From: Lingula anatina
Lineage: Eukaryota; Animalia; Brachiopoda
Length of the DNA stretch: 64,000 nucleotides
Assembly: GCA_051362555.1 (NCBI GenBank)
Contig: CM120648.1
Location: forward strand, 17,232,587 to 17,296,586
Direction of reading: 5' to 3'
Position numbers and translations under genes: made by a program. Below are positions 52,890 through 64,000 of this stretch, in pieces (positions within the stretch are counted from its first letter, which is position 1; each line of letters starts with the position of its first letter). The notes beneath the pieces are model-generated. The model was not told where the DNA came from, did not search any database, and saw nothing but the letters and a program-made list of their open reading frames with translations.

Positions 52890-55800
52890 ACATGTAAGGA
52901 CATGAAGAGTAGACTTCCTTCATTGATAAACGGGTTTGACCATTGCTGCGAGGTGATGCTCTTAAAGGTGCTACGATTTGCATCGACTCCTCACTGACCC
53001 ACATTTTTCAGTTCAGTGACCTTAGCTTCAGACATGCTTTAGCATATTTCCCTTGGCGCAAGAATAACTGAATTTAACCATTTTCCATTCCATTGCTGGT
53101 AAAATGACCGACGTTTTAATGGTGATATTATAGCATTTTGAAAAATAACGTGTAAATTTGGTTTTCGGCGGAGTGCATTTTCGCTTGCAGAAGAGCGCCG
53201 TTCAGCTACCACAAAAACACAGTATTGTCTTTCGTAATGTAACATTTTTATTATTATGCCCGATGATGCACCAGCCTCAGTAAGAGCTCCAGTGTTGTCT
53301 CTGCGGTATATTAGAGATAATTGACCTTCCTATCAAAACAATTTTGCTGTTTTGACAGCCTCGCTGCGGGGGAGATTGTATCACTGTGAAAAGAATGCTG
53401 ATGAAAAATGGATGTTTGAAGTTATTATATCAGAAGGCGGTGGTTTAATTTTCTGCGCAAAAACAACGTCGTGGCTCCAAGGCGTCGCTTTGAATAACAA
53501 GATGAACGAATTTCGGGTGGAAAGTAAATTAACTGCCATCCGATATAACACGGTTAATATCACTGCTTAAAGTTAAAACTGTGGTTCTCCAATAAACGAC
53601 AACTGCCAAAGTAAAATAACGTCATTAGAAACATTAATGAATAAGGAAATAAGTATAAAGATAACTAGACCTTCTTGGGAGGGGTAAAAAAAACGTATTT
53701 AAAATAAAAGGAGTTATCTTTCTTTTTGTGCACAACATCGATTTTTCTTTCAACCTGGACGAGCCTTACTGTGGCGATCCGTCAGTTTGAATAACGACAA
53801 GAAATCGAATTTCTACTAATACAAACCGGCTGCTAATTTCTTACGAGGTCGATATCTCCCGGCATGCAGTGCGAAAGATGTTTGAGACACTTTGTGTGAC
53901 TACACCTCTAATAGACAAATATTATCAACTTCGTTCTCCTCTACGCGAGATGAAATATACACTTTTATAAATGCTTTCAAAATGACCGCAGGGATGGAAT
54001 TGTATAATGCATACAGCTAATTACAATTACTGCTGACCCTGACTCTGTTCTTAGCACAGCAGGTTGGGAAATCACGCACGACATTTGTAAACTGACAGAA
54101 TCAATGCAGATATGATTTCTGCAATAAATTGGAAATGAGCAGCGCTAAATGAAGAGCGCAATTCGATGGGTACTGCCTCAGTTTATCCCCTATCAGTTTA
54201 TGCAGTGTATCTTTGGTGGAATATCGAACTGATGTCATTTGCAACAAATGTAAAACAGGAAACAAACCTTCTCGGGGAGACCGATATCAAATAAACGACG
54301 GATGCAAAGCCGCAGGAAGAAGCGGTTGACCTTTGGGCGTCCATTTGGATAAAGAGCGTCCTTCCGCCACAGGATGTTGTTTCATGCTCAGCGCTTTTAC
54401 CTTCAGAATACATGTTTAACAACACACTTGTGTGCAAGGAAGTGACACTGTTGTATGAAAAAAAAACAACTCATATTTATGGAATAACTAGCCTTTTTGT
54501 TGTTCTTGAATACTCGTTGATACCGTTTGGTGCACTGTTTCCTTAAAAACTGAATCAGTATACGTTTAACACAATTATTGATATTGCTAAGTAAACCTGC
54601 AAAATGTCCAAGATCCCTGTATAACTATGACTTCAAATGCCACGTTTTCACCATACAGGTAACAGCATTCAGCGTCACAAAGAGGTACATATTGTACTAT
54701 GCGTGATCAATCAAGGTATTGTGGATCGATTCACTTTAAGCTCTTCTAAATACTTTCAATGAAATCTTACAACAGTATCAAAGTCTTATTTCAAGAAAGA
54801 CGCAAAGAATATAAAAATCCAAGATAACTTGTTTTAATATACGTGTACGTTCGAGCTTAACAGATAAAACGGGCGTGGTTTATTTTTGTAAGTCTACTCC
54901 GAGTGTATGAAAAGAGACCCAACCCTTCAAAGTTAAGATCATTCAAAATCGATTGACTATAATACCGCTCTTAATGCCACAACGCGAGATTGTCTGTCAC
55001 ACATAAACGGCTCCACATCGACATCCTGTGTGACATTTTGGGTGCAATTTAAAACCAAAGTTCAAGTTTACCTCACAAGAAAACCGCATCTTAAAGCCAG
55101 AATACTCTATTACTTTAATCATTTATAATTGCCGCCCATTTTCTTTGTTTATCCTTCTCTCGGTTGATTAAACAGAGAATCCCTATGAAGAGAAATTCAA
55201 TTATAAAAGATTGCGTGGTTGGTGAGACATACATTGTCTTATAAACTGCTGGGTCTCCACACATGAGGGACGTGACGGCGACATTGGTCCTTCACTCCCC
55301 TTTCTGACTACGGCTCCGTAACATGAACACATCGCCAATTCCGATAGAAATATCACCTTTCATTTCGAGGCTATTATATGGGGCGAGTAAATCCTGAGTT
55401 ATGGAATAGAGACGAATCTCCATGCTTGCGCTCGTTACAATTCGCGATGCTTTCGAGTTAAGGAGCCCTGCTGTATTCATAGATTCAAAGACAGTATATC
55501 GAGGGCACGGAGAGTCATAACTTTGTGGTTCATTTTTCCTGAAAATGCATCAAATTTGACCTCAAATGCCCTTTTATTTCCTTTAATTGCCATATAACTC
55601 TTTTATAATCCTGTTGCTTTGCCTATTAAAGGAACCCTATAGCAAATTGAAGGAGCATAATTTGCATTCCTATCTAACCAAAATATCAAATGGTGAGCAT
55701 TTTTTATCTCCCGAGCCCATTATTCCGAAATTGAACCTAATACCCCCTACATCACTTGATAAGGTTATTCAATATTACAAAACTCCCTTGTCTAAAACTT

Positions 55801-56449
55801 TCTTTCGGATGCACAGTAATAACTGCGTGGTCTTATTTTATTTTCATATTATGGATGTTTTCCTGCCCCTTCTTATGTTTATAGATGCGGCCAATCAAGC
55901 AACAGGGTGTTATATAAAAATCATTGACATTAGGAAAGATACCGATTTAAAAGTTCTACCACTCATAATCTGATTTCTGACTTAATGTGCTTTCACATGC
56001 TACCAGTGTACCTCGGTCCCCAAATTAGCAACCCCTCTACCTGAAGGATTAACACGTTTTCATGATGTACGCGAAAGCAGTATAACACATTTGAGACGGA
56101 AAAGGGTCGATCGTCAAAATGTGCGTGGAACATGTTGTTATTTTAATATTAAAATACATGGAGAAATCAACACTGTTGATGGGTTAGCACTGGTACGTGT
56201 GTTTTCGTGTAGGTACATGTACAAGAGACCAAAATGGCATTAACAATTTGTGTGCAAGAAACAGTTTGCAAAAGTCTGCAAAAAAAGATACAATTACTAC
56301 AAATGTTGTCACTGTTGTTAATTGTGTAGATATTTCTTTGTACTCGAGTTCTTCGCGGCAATTCCTGTCGCTGATCAAGCTATTGGAGACAGCATATAAA
56401 GAACATGCAGTTTTCTTAGCATTTCGTTTTCTCTCGTCTTATTTCCACT

Positions 56450-56592
56450 TCCTCCCTCTCTCTCTCCCTCCACCTTCTCTCTCTCTCTCTCTCTCCACCC
56501 TCTCTCTCTCTCCCTCTCTCTCCACCCTCTCTCTCTCTCTCTCCCTCCCTCCACCCTCTCTCTCTCTCTCCCTCCACCCTCTCTCTCTCTCC

Positions 56593-56630
<38 letters not shown>

Positions 56631-56740
56631 CCCTCTCTCTCTCTCCCTCTCTCTTCACCCTCTCTCTCTCTCTCTCCCTCCCTCCACCCTCTCTCTCTCT
56701 CTCCCTCCACCCTCTCTCTCTCTCCACCTTCTCTCTCTCC
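56450..56740. repeat. Polypyrimidine (CT)n tract punctuated by CCACC
   Basis: About 290 bp, nearly all C/T, with a recurring CTCCACC(C/T) motif. Confidence 0.93.
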
Positions 56741-58698
56741 AGAATTTCAGCTCAATCTGTCTTACATACAAACTCTGCCCACAGAGCTTAATAACACCAC
56801 TAAACATTATTTGATTTAACACAGCTTTGCCACAATCAGGTTTAATTATTAAACATAGATTTATAACGTAAATGAATGATTTATGACAAAATCTGTATGG
56901 GACGCCAACACATTTACTTATAATATTTTTTAAAGACATAGACACGTCTTCCAGCTGCAGCAGCCTACTCGAGCGTATAGAGAAGATTTCCCCAGAGAAA
57001 TTAAGAGTACAACAGAAAACAACTGGCAGATTTCTCAAAGGCGACAGTACAGCTAGGCGACCGCAACGAACACGTGCTCACCTACTTTTTATTCAGAGAC
57101 TGCAATGTCTTTCTAACAATACGAACTTGTTCCAGGACAATCACTGCCGCTTCTTATTGGTGCCACGGGGGATGATATAAACTACATAATATAACTTAAT
57201 TGAACATTAAATCCAGGTTTTCAGGCTGTCAGTGTTACGTAGATTAGTAAATACATAAAGAGGCAATTCAACTTTTAATGACATATACATGTAGCAATGC
57301 AACTTGATTACGAACAGTACAATGACAAATGCGATTGCGATGTCAAATAATGTATAATGACGTCACATATGCCTCGAGATCAATTACTGGCAAGTTCAGT
57401 TCCATATGGCTTTGAAATTAAAAACTTGGAAACACATTAATTATTTTTAAAAACTTATATTTAACCGCAAATGTAATTTACATTTGGGCTTTATCGTTAT
57501 CAGTCTGTGCAGTATAAAATGACTGCATACGCCAGATATTACGACTCAATTTTTCAAGTTAGATAAAAAAAGAAACACTAATAAGTATGTGATAAACAGC
57601 ATTTGGCACATTTATATGTTGCACTGAAACGTGTATAGAAAATATAACTTGTATTGCACTTTTACAGCGCTGTAGGTTTAACATACGGGGCAAAATATGC
57701 GACTTTAAATTTAAAAAACAAGATAGACGGCAAGCCTTTCCTACATCTTATAATTATATGTGCAAGGAGAGTCCTCGTCTCTCATAAACTCCGATTTAAA
57801 GATTAATATGTCCCATTGCTCATACCAGAGGACTGAGCAGTGTAGGGCAATCTGCCTCCAAATGTTCAAGACAGTTCACTGCTTCACAGAGTCGCTCTAC
57901 ATGTAGTCAAGAAGCTGGGCATGGTATTTTCACCAAAAGTTTTGTTTATTTCAAATCAGCATAAATAGAAACGAAATACTATAGCGGTACAAAATACCCC
58001 TATTAGATCCAAAATATTGCTGGCGCAACAACAACGCGTGTACCTTTTCAGCTCAAATAACTAAAGCAAATTTATCTCAGTTCGAAATAGTCTCAAATAT
58101 AATTTGGTCTCAAAACACATACACGTCAGTTTTCAGTGTTACAGTATGCAGGGTGAGCCCGGGAAACTGACTGTTATTTTGACGTGACCATAACTGTAAT
58201 ATAACCAAACATCGTTTTGGTAACGTTATGGTAACGTTCTGAACCTGGAGATATACTTAGCTTGTAGATGTACCCACTCAATGCCATATTTATATAAAGT
58301 GAAGGTTTATAGTTTGTAGAGCAATTTCTGCATGTGCGACATGTACTCAGTTGTAAAACCAGTATTATTCTAGCAGGGCAATGATCTTATTTTTTATAGA
58401 TACGACCATCCAAATACGCCGTTTTCACAATACTGAGAAATACCCCAACAACACAAATCGCCCATATACAGTAAGAGCATCCTCACCCCCACCCCCACCC
58501 CCAGCAAGCCACGTATTCGGCAATAGTGTATCTTACGACAGAAAAAAAAAAGCTAGAAACTAAAGATCATTATAAACGAGGCACCAGCTGTCTTTCAGCT
58601 TAACTCTCGTATTTCGAAGTTGAAGTAAGGGAAAAGTAGTCGACTGGTTTTAGTCTTATCTTCCCACATGTCATGCTGGATTAGGCTGCTAGGAACAT

Positions 58699-58982
58699 CC
58701 CGCACGAAAACGCAGTAGATGCTCCAGCGCAGTAGACTACTGCAATCATACTGCAAATATGCCTCAAATCTGCTTCGCATTGGGAGCTAATTAGCATATT
58801 TGAAACATGCTTCTATCATGCTGCTAATCTACTGCATTAATGCTCCTCCTCTGTACAACCCTATGTAATTTTTGAAGTAGAATTGCAGTAGGGTATACTG
58901 CATTTCTACTGCAAATATGCTCCACACCACTACTGCGTTAATGCTTCTTTGCTACTTCGATACTACTGCATTTTCGTGCGGG
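58699..58982. mobile_element. CCC...GGG-ended MITE with 2-bp TSD (CMC/EnSpm-like), 284 bp
   Basis: AT|CCCGCACGAAAACGCAGTAG ... CTACTGCATTTTCGTGCGGG|AT (19/20 match); many internal (C)TACTGC/GCAGTAG subterminal repeats. Confidence 0.75.
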
Positions 58983-60613
58983 ATGTGTACCAAGCATGGC
59001 TGACTTTTACTCGGGGAAAACCTTCACCGACATCTTGTTCAAACAACCTTAGCGGCCGCGTGAAAGTCTCTGCTCACACAAGCAATATCCATGGCCGTAT
59101 CGATACTATCAGTGAACGCGTCTGAAGAAAGTGAAAGGAAAATAATGGGAACGGATGTATAATTAAGTCAATTGTTCTGTATGTAATTCTTAAAATCAAG
59201 ATTAATTAAATGCAATTTATTCTCATCATACGTAGCCCTATTTGCAATTAATGATATATCATATTTTTCTATCGTTCATAACAAGCAGAAAGTCCAATTA
59301 TATCAATTTGTTTTCTTTTTGTAAAATGACATTTAATAACTTTGGTTTCTTAGAAACACTTTTATCCGTCTTTTCCTCTAATCGTTCCAAATGCAAGGTA
59401 AAAATTAGCAGCACTTAACTCCGATCTTGTCTGTTAGAGCTGAATATGCAAAAACGCTGCATACCTTGGGAACGGGATTTATTAGTAAAATGCCGCGACC
59501 TAACCCCACTCAAAGATCAGCTTTTATCAGATATTTTGGGCAACACGTCCAATTAGAGTTTAGAAAACAATCACAACCAGTTGCCATAAAAGTCTTAGAT
59601 AAACCCAACGTGGGAAGAAAATAATATTTTTTGCTCAGTAAATATGATTAGTAATGAGGACGCTTTGTTACAATAATAACAGGAAACGGAGATTTCTTGG
59701 AAATGCGGCAATTTTGCTTTTGCAATTAGACTCATATGCTATTTGGTCTGTTAATTAACACAAATGCTATGTCGCTGCAAACACTGACAGTTAGTGAACA
59801 AGTAGCAAATGATGGTGGCTGGCAGCGACATTCTTCATCTGTGTATGAGCGAAATCAACATATTTCTTCGTTAGCGAGACGAGTGTTGTTGGTGAAATAG
59901 TTCAAGTAGACGACATTGGTGCTAAGGCCATTTATTTAGTTTAATGGTAAACCTTGGCGGAATCGTAACTTGAAGAAAAAACATACATGTCATCTTCAGA
60001 AGTGAAAAACGGTGCATCAAATCCTATAAGTTTGTCATTCAGAGTTAAATCTAAATTTTTAATATACACACGTTTTACTTGTGTTGAACTTTTTCTCTTT
60101 CCTCTTCATGCCCAGATGATGCCAGCAGGACGCAATTTTTTTCTTTTTTTTTTTTTTTTTTGTAAATGAAATGTATGTGCAACGAATGCGGCTAAAATGG
60201 CCAGTTTCCCGATTTATAAAGGCGCCAAACAATGTCGAATTAACGCCGAAACTAAGGGAGATATTTAAAGTACCCTGTAGCATTCTTTCATTAGTACACT
60301 TTGAAAGAACTATGTAAGAGGCGTGAGATGATTCTGCTGGTACATCATTTTTTTCTAAAACACAAAACGTTAGAGTCTAACATATGAGACTATACTAGTT
60401 CACATGTAGACGCACGCACATGCCTTCTAGCAACTTCATACTGGAACACACTGAGATAATGATACAGGTACACGACGCTCTCACGTAGCACACATATAGA
60501 CAATCAGAAATTAAACAAACTATTCCAAACACAAGCACGTTCAAACAAGCTACACGCAGAGAAAGATACACTTCTAGACATTTTTTTACAGCTAGAAAAC
60601 CGATCAACTCGTA

Positions 60614-60869
60614 GACCCCATTCCCACACCTAGATCGATCTAGAAGGATCAGTCCATCTCTCTGGGGAATCTCACTAAACTGCTGTCAGCTTGACGGACT
60701 TAAATGTCTGCCACGCCTAGTAAAGTCGTTAGGGGGTAATTATCTTTACCCCCTAGCCGATTCGGTAGGCGTGCCAGACATGTAAGCCGGTTAGTTGATA
60801 GCAAATTAGTGAGACTCTCCAGGGAGTCAGACCGATCCAGATTGATCGATCTAGGTATGGGAATGGGTC
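60614..60869. mobile_element. Fully palindromic (foldback) MITE, Harbinger-like
   Basis: GACCCCATTCCCACACCTAGATCGATC ... GATCGATCTAGGTATGGGAATGGGTC. The arms pair along the whole length to a centre TAGGGGGTAA-ttatct-TTACCCCCTA. Confidence 0.8.
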
Positions 60870-61335
60870 ACAAAGTACTCTGCGTCTGATCCCAAGCCGT
60901 GGAGCTATGTAGAATTACGTCAAACCATTAGCCGCTGCTGTAGCGCTTCACTGCGCCCTATTGACACGACGGTTAGCAGCGAGCGCAGAGAGCTCTTGGT
61001 CGCTAAAAAAAGCCTGTATTTCAAAAAGTTCTGTCCGTGGCGCTCCTGAAAAATGGCATTTAGGTTGATTAGCTGTGATAATTAATAAAGGTGGTATTTC
61101 AGGTATGTTGTGTTTTTTTACGCTGATAGTTTGTTAGCTTGCAGTATTGCTCAAACATCTTTTATTTTTTATTTCAGATCAAGAGAAAGACTTATTATGA
61201 CAATAAATAATGATATTTACAATAATAACAAAAATAGAAATAGTAATGATATTTATGCTTAATATACGGTGGCCAGTAGAAATAATAGAATAACTTACTT
61301 TATTGTCCCTAGGTCACTTATGGCCTCGACTCTAG

Positions 61336-61560
61336 GGGTGCATTCACAGAGATATAGATCGATCCAGAGATTTAGATTTAGATCGACCTAACTCCTTTGG
61401 AGTTCACTCTAAATTGCAGTCAGTCGAGCGTGCACCATAGTTAATTACCCCCTTACAGCTTTTAGTAGGCGGGACAGACGCTTAAGCCGGCTAAGCTGAC
61501 AGCAATCTAGTGAGACTCCCCACAGGGATAGATCGATCTAAAATCTATGGGAATGGGGTC
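61336..61560. mobile_element. Second, rearranged copy of the 60.6-kb foldback MITE
   Basis: The right part aligns with 60746-60869 (TTACCCCCT...TAGGCG...TAAGCCGG...TAGTGAGACTC...GGGAATGGGGTC); flanked by TAG...TAG. Confidence 0.65.
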
Positions 61561-62256
61561 TAGGTGTAAAGTTAACTTGCTTGCAAACATTATCCATATG
61601 TTAAATCTCTCAGTTGGAAAAATTAAACCTTTTTCCTGGAAATATTTTTAGCTAGATCTGGGATTAAGGTTACTTTGGTTCAGACACTGACGTAAACTTA
61701 TTTGACAACCGCTGGTTCCGCCATTTATTTTGCCAAGCAAGGTAAATCTTTTTTTTAAATTAAAGCAAAAGGATTAATTTTTCCAACAAATAACCGGATG
61801 TTTTCGAAAGGCTGGTTGTAAGAAGATTTGCAAAGGTGATTAATACATTTTAGAGCCAGTTTCAATATAAACATGGAGTATACTTCGAAAAAAAAGCCTT
61901 AGTTTTTTATTACCTTTTTATTATTATAATTTTTTGTAACTGAGGTTTGTAAAATATTGTGCGAATTTAACCATTTAAATACACGTACAGATAAACATAC
62001 ATATCAAAGCAGATAAGCATGGTGAAATGAGAGAGCATGTATACAATGTGCAAAAAAAAAATGATTATATCAATTTTTAAATATGTTTTATGACACAAAA
62101 TATAGCCTTTCAGGCAAAGTGGTGAGGACCAGGTCATGATTTGATTCAACGATTCACATATATGAGTTTGGAGGGGCTCAGCCTCAGCAATCAGGAACCT
62201 GCTTTCTCTTCAACTGTTGAAACGGCAGGGATTTCTACAACTTGAAACCGTGCACT

Positions 62257-62580
62257 TCTACATGGCATAACAAGACCTACTGAGTACATTAGAAAATATG
62301 ACTTCCAAGTTTGACACCAAGTCTTAGGATCCAACAAAGGGACCATTCAGAACAAGATGATCCACGGACTAATAGATCCGAGAATCAAACATGGCGCCAC
62401 CCACTTGAAATAGTGCAGAGCTTTAATTATTCACCACTGCTAGGCCGGCGGGCGTGGGAGGCGGAATCCATTGTCAGGTGCGACCCATATTTGATATGAG
62501 GACTAGTAAGTTCGCGGATAAACTTTGTTGGGAATGCTCCAAATTGAAATAGTCCAGGAACAAGCATGTAAAATCATTCA
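62257..62580 (+). mobile_element. Possible CR1/L2-clade LINE ORF2 C-terminal remnant
   Basis: Frameshifted fragments STWHN-TEYIRK and QIEIVQEQACKII resemble the LINE motifs L.W..HI..I.KK and KLE.VQ.RA.RII, in the correct order. Confidence 0.35.
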
Positions 62581-64000
62581 TCCTGGCTCCAAGTTTGATG
62601 AAACATTCAAGATTTCAAGCAGTGAAAACATTTGCATGAAGACGAAATCATTTTCTATTGAAACCGTTAATCAAAACATCTACACTATTCAGGTAAATAA
62701 GAAGGCCATATTCACTACTTCGAACGTAAGATAAGCCATCCCAACATCAATAACGCTCAGATCTTAAAAGACATTCATATCATATACACAGGGGACGTCA
62801 TACTGCATTATGAAATGACGCCACAGAAAATACATGACGTTCTGAAACATTTAAAGGAATCAAAAGAAATTTTGTATTTAGGTTTTAACTTGAAAGAGGC
62901 ATACAGATATTTTAGTCTCTTTGTTGAATTCTATGGTTTTCAATCTACGCTGGATTTGCTCAGTGTCTGCTCAAATAAAACGCAATACCATCTGCCTTGA
63001 ATTGGATAATCTAAAGAACATAAACATGTACGTTAGTATGATATCTGATTTGTATGCAAACAGGAAAAGCACCGTCTGGCCTCACAGCGCTTGCCATCGT
63101 TCTTTTTTACCCAGTGACGCAACTGTTTTTTTTTTTTCGACTAATTGATCAACCTCTCCAGCGTGAATCCGATTATAAAACAAGAGCGAGAATAATTCGC
63201 TGTAGACTTGTCTTGATTTAGAGCAGTTAATTGAACTTTTTATTTCATTTGCGTAATAATCTGTAACCATTGTCACATATAATAAGCAGAGAAAATTGGA
63301 TTGTTTCCCAGAATAAAAAAAGAGAAATTGCTCGGATATTGGCTGACATTAGTTATAAGATTTCACGTTGTATCATGATTCTCCTCTCTTGCGATGTGAA
63401 GTGAATCTCAATGTATTGGTGTCACGTGACTGCTACTAAATTCAGCGAAAAATATCGACGATAACCACATATATACGGGCTGTTTTACAGGGTAGGGAAT
63501 GACTAAACTGCATGCAAAAAAAAAAAAAGTAACCATGCATTAAAAAATAAAACATTTTGGAAGATAATCTCACTTCCCGGCTTGTTTCATGGAAAACAAC
63601 AATACTATTACCGACAACAAATCATTCATTCCCCTCGCTGCTCCTTCTTCATGAAGTTAAAATAAAAAAAGTGTCAAACAGTCTGTTGTGGTATTTAAAG
63701 CGTGGTGTAAACAGGGTGTAATCAGTTACCGCCAGTTTGTTTTCTCACACAGTATTGATCAGGAGAGCTAGCAGTGAGAGGCAGGAGAACAATTCAAAAC
63801 AAGCGGGGGGGGGGGGGGGGGGGGGAGGGGGAGGAGGGGGCGACAAACAGCCCTAGAGGTAATATTTCATTTATATATGAAAGTGTACACTTGATTAACA
63901 ATTAAAAAAATAAAAATAAAAATAGAAATAAAAATAGAAAACAAGGTGGGGATGTTGACAAGCAGTGTCATTAGCTATGAAGACTAGGCCACTGATATGA

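Noticed and set aside
52962-53570. Possible TTAA-flanked Kolobok-like element
   Set aside because: The ends do not form a convincing inverted repeat.

Overview
AT-rich, microsatellite-dense eukaryotic DNA with abundant CpG, most consistent with an invertebrate animal (probably a lophotrochozoan; inferred from the receptor type and repeat style, not verified). Only one intact protein-coding region is supportable: an intronless-CDS class A (rhodopsin-like) GPCR at 47718-49169 (+), with a probable long 3' UTR to about 52.9 kb and candidate distant non-coding 5' exons. The rest is non-coding and rich in transposon relics. These include a 1684-bp TA-flanked palindromic Tc1/mariner element built from two transposase 3' halves, a decayed and apparently intron-containing Crypton (tyrosine recombinase) gene at about 24.9-26.25 kb (-), several MITE families, LINE-like scraps and tandem duplications. 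The palindrome TACATGTA, which matches a Tc1 excision footprint, occurs at least 12 times. No rRNA, tRNA or CRISPR array was seen. All alignments and translations were done by eye and no database search was run.
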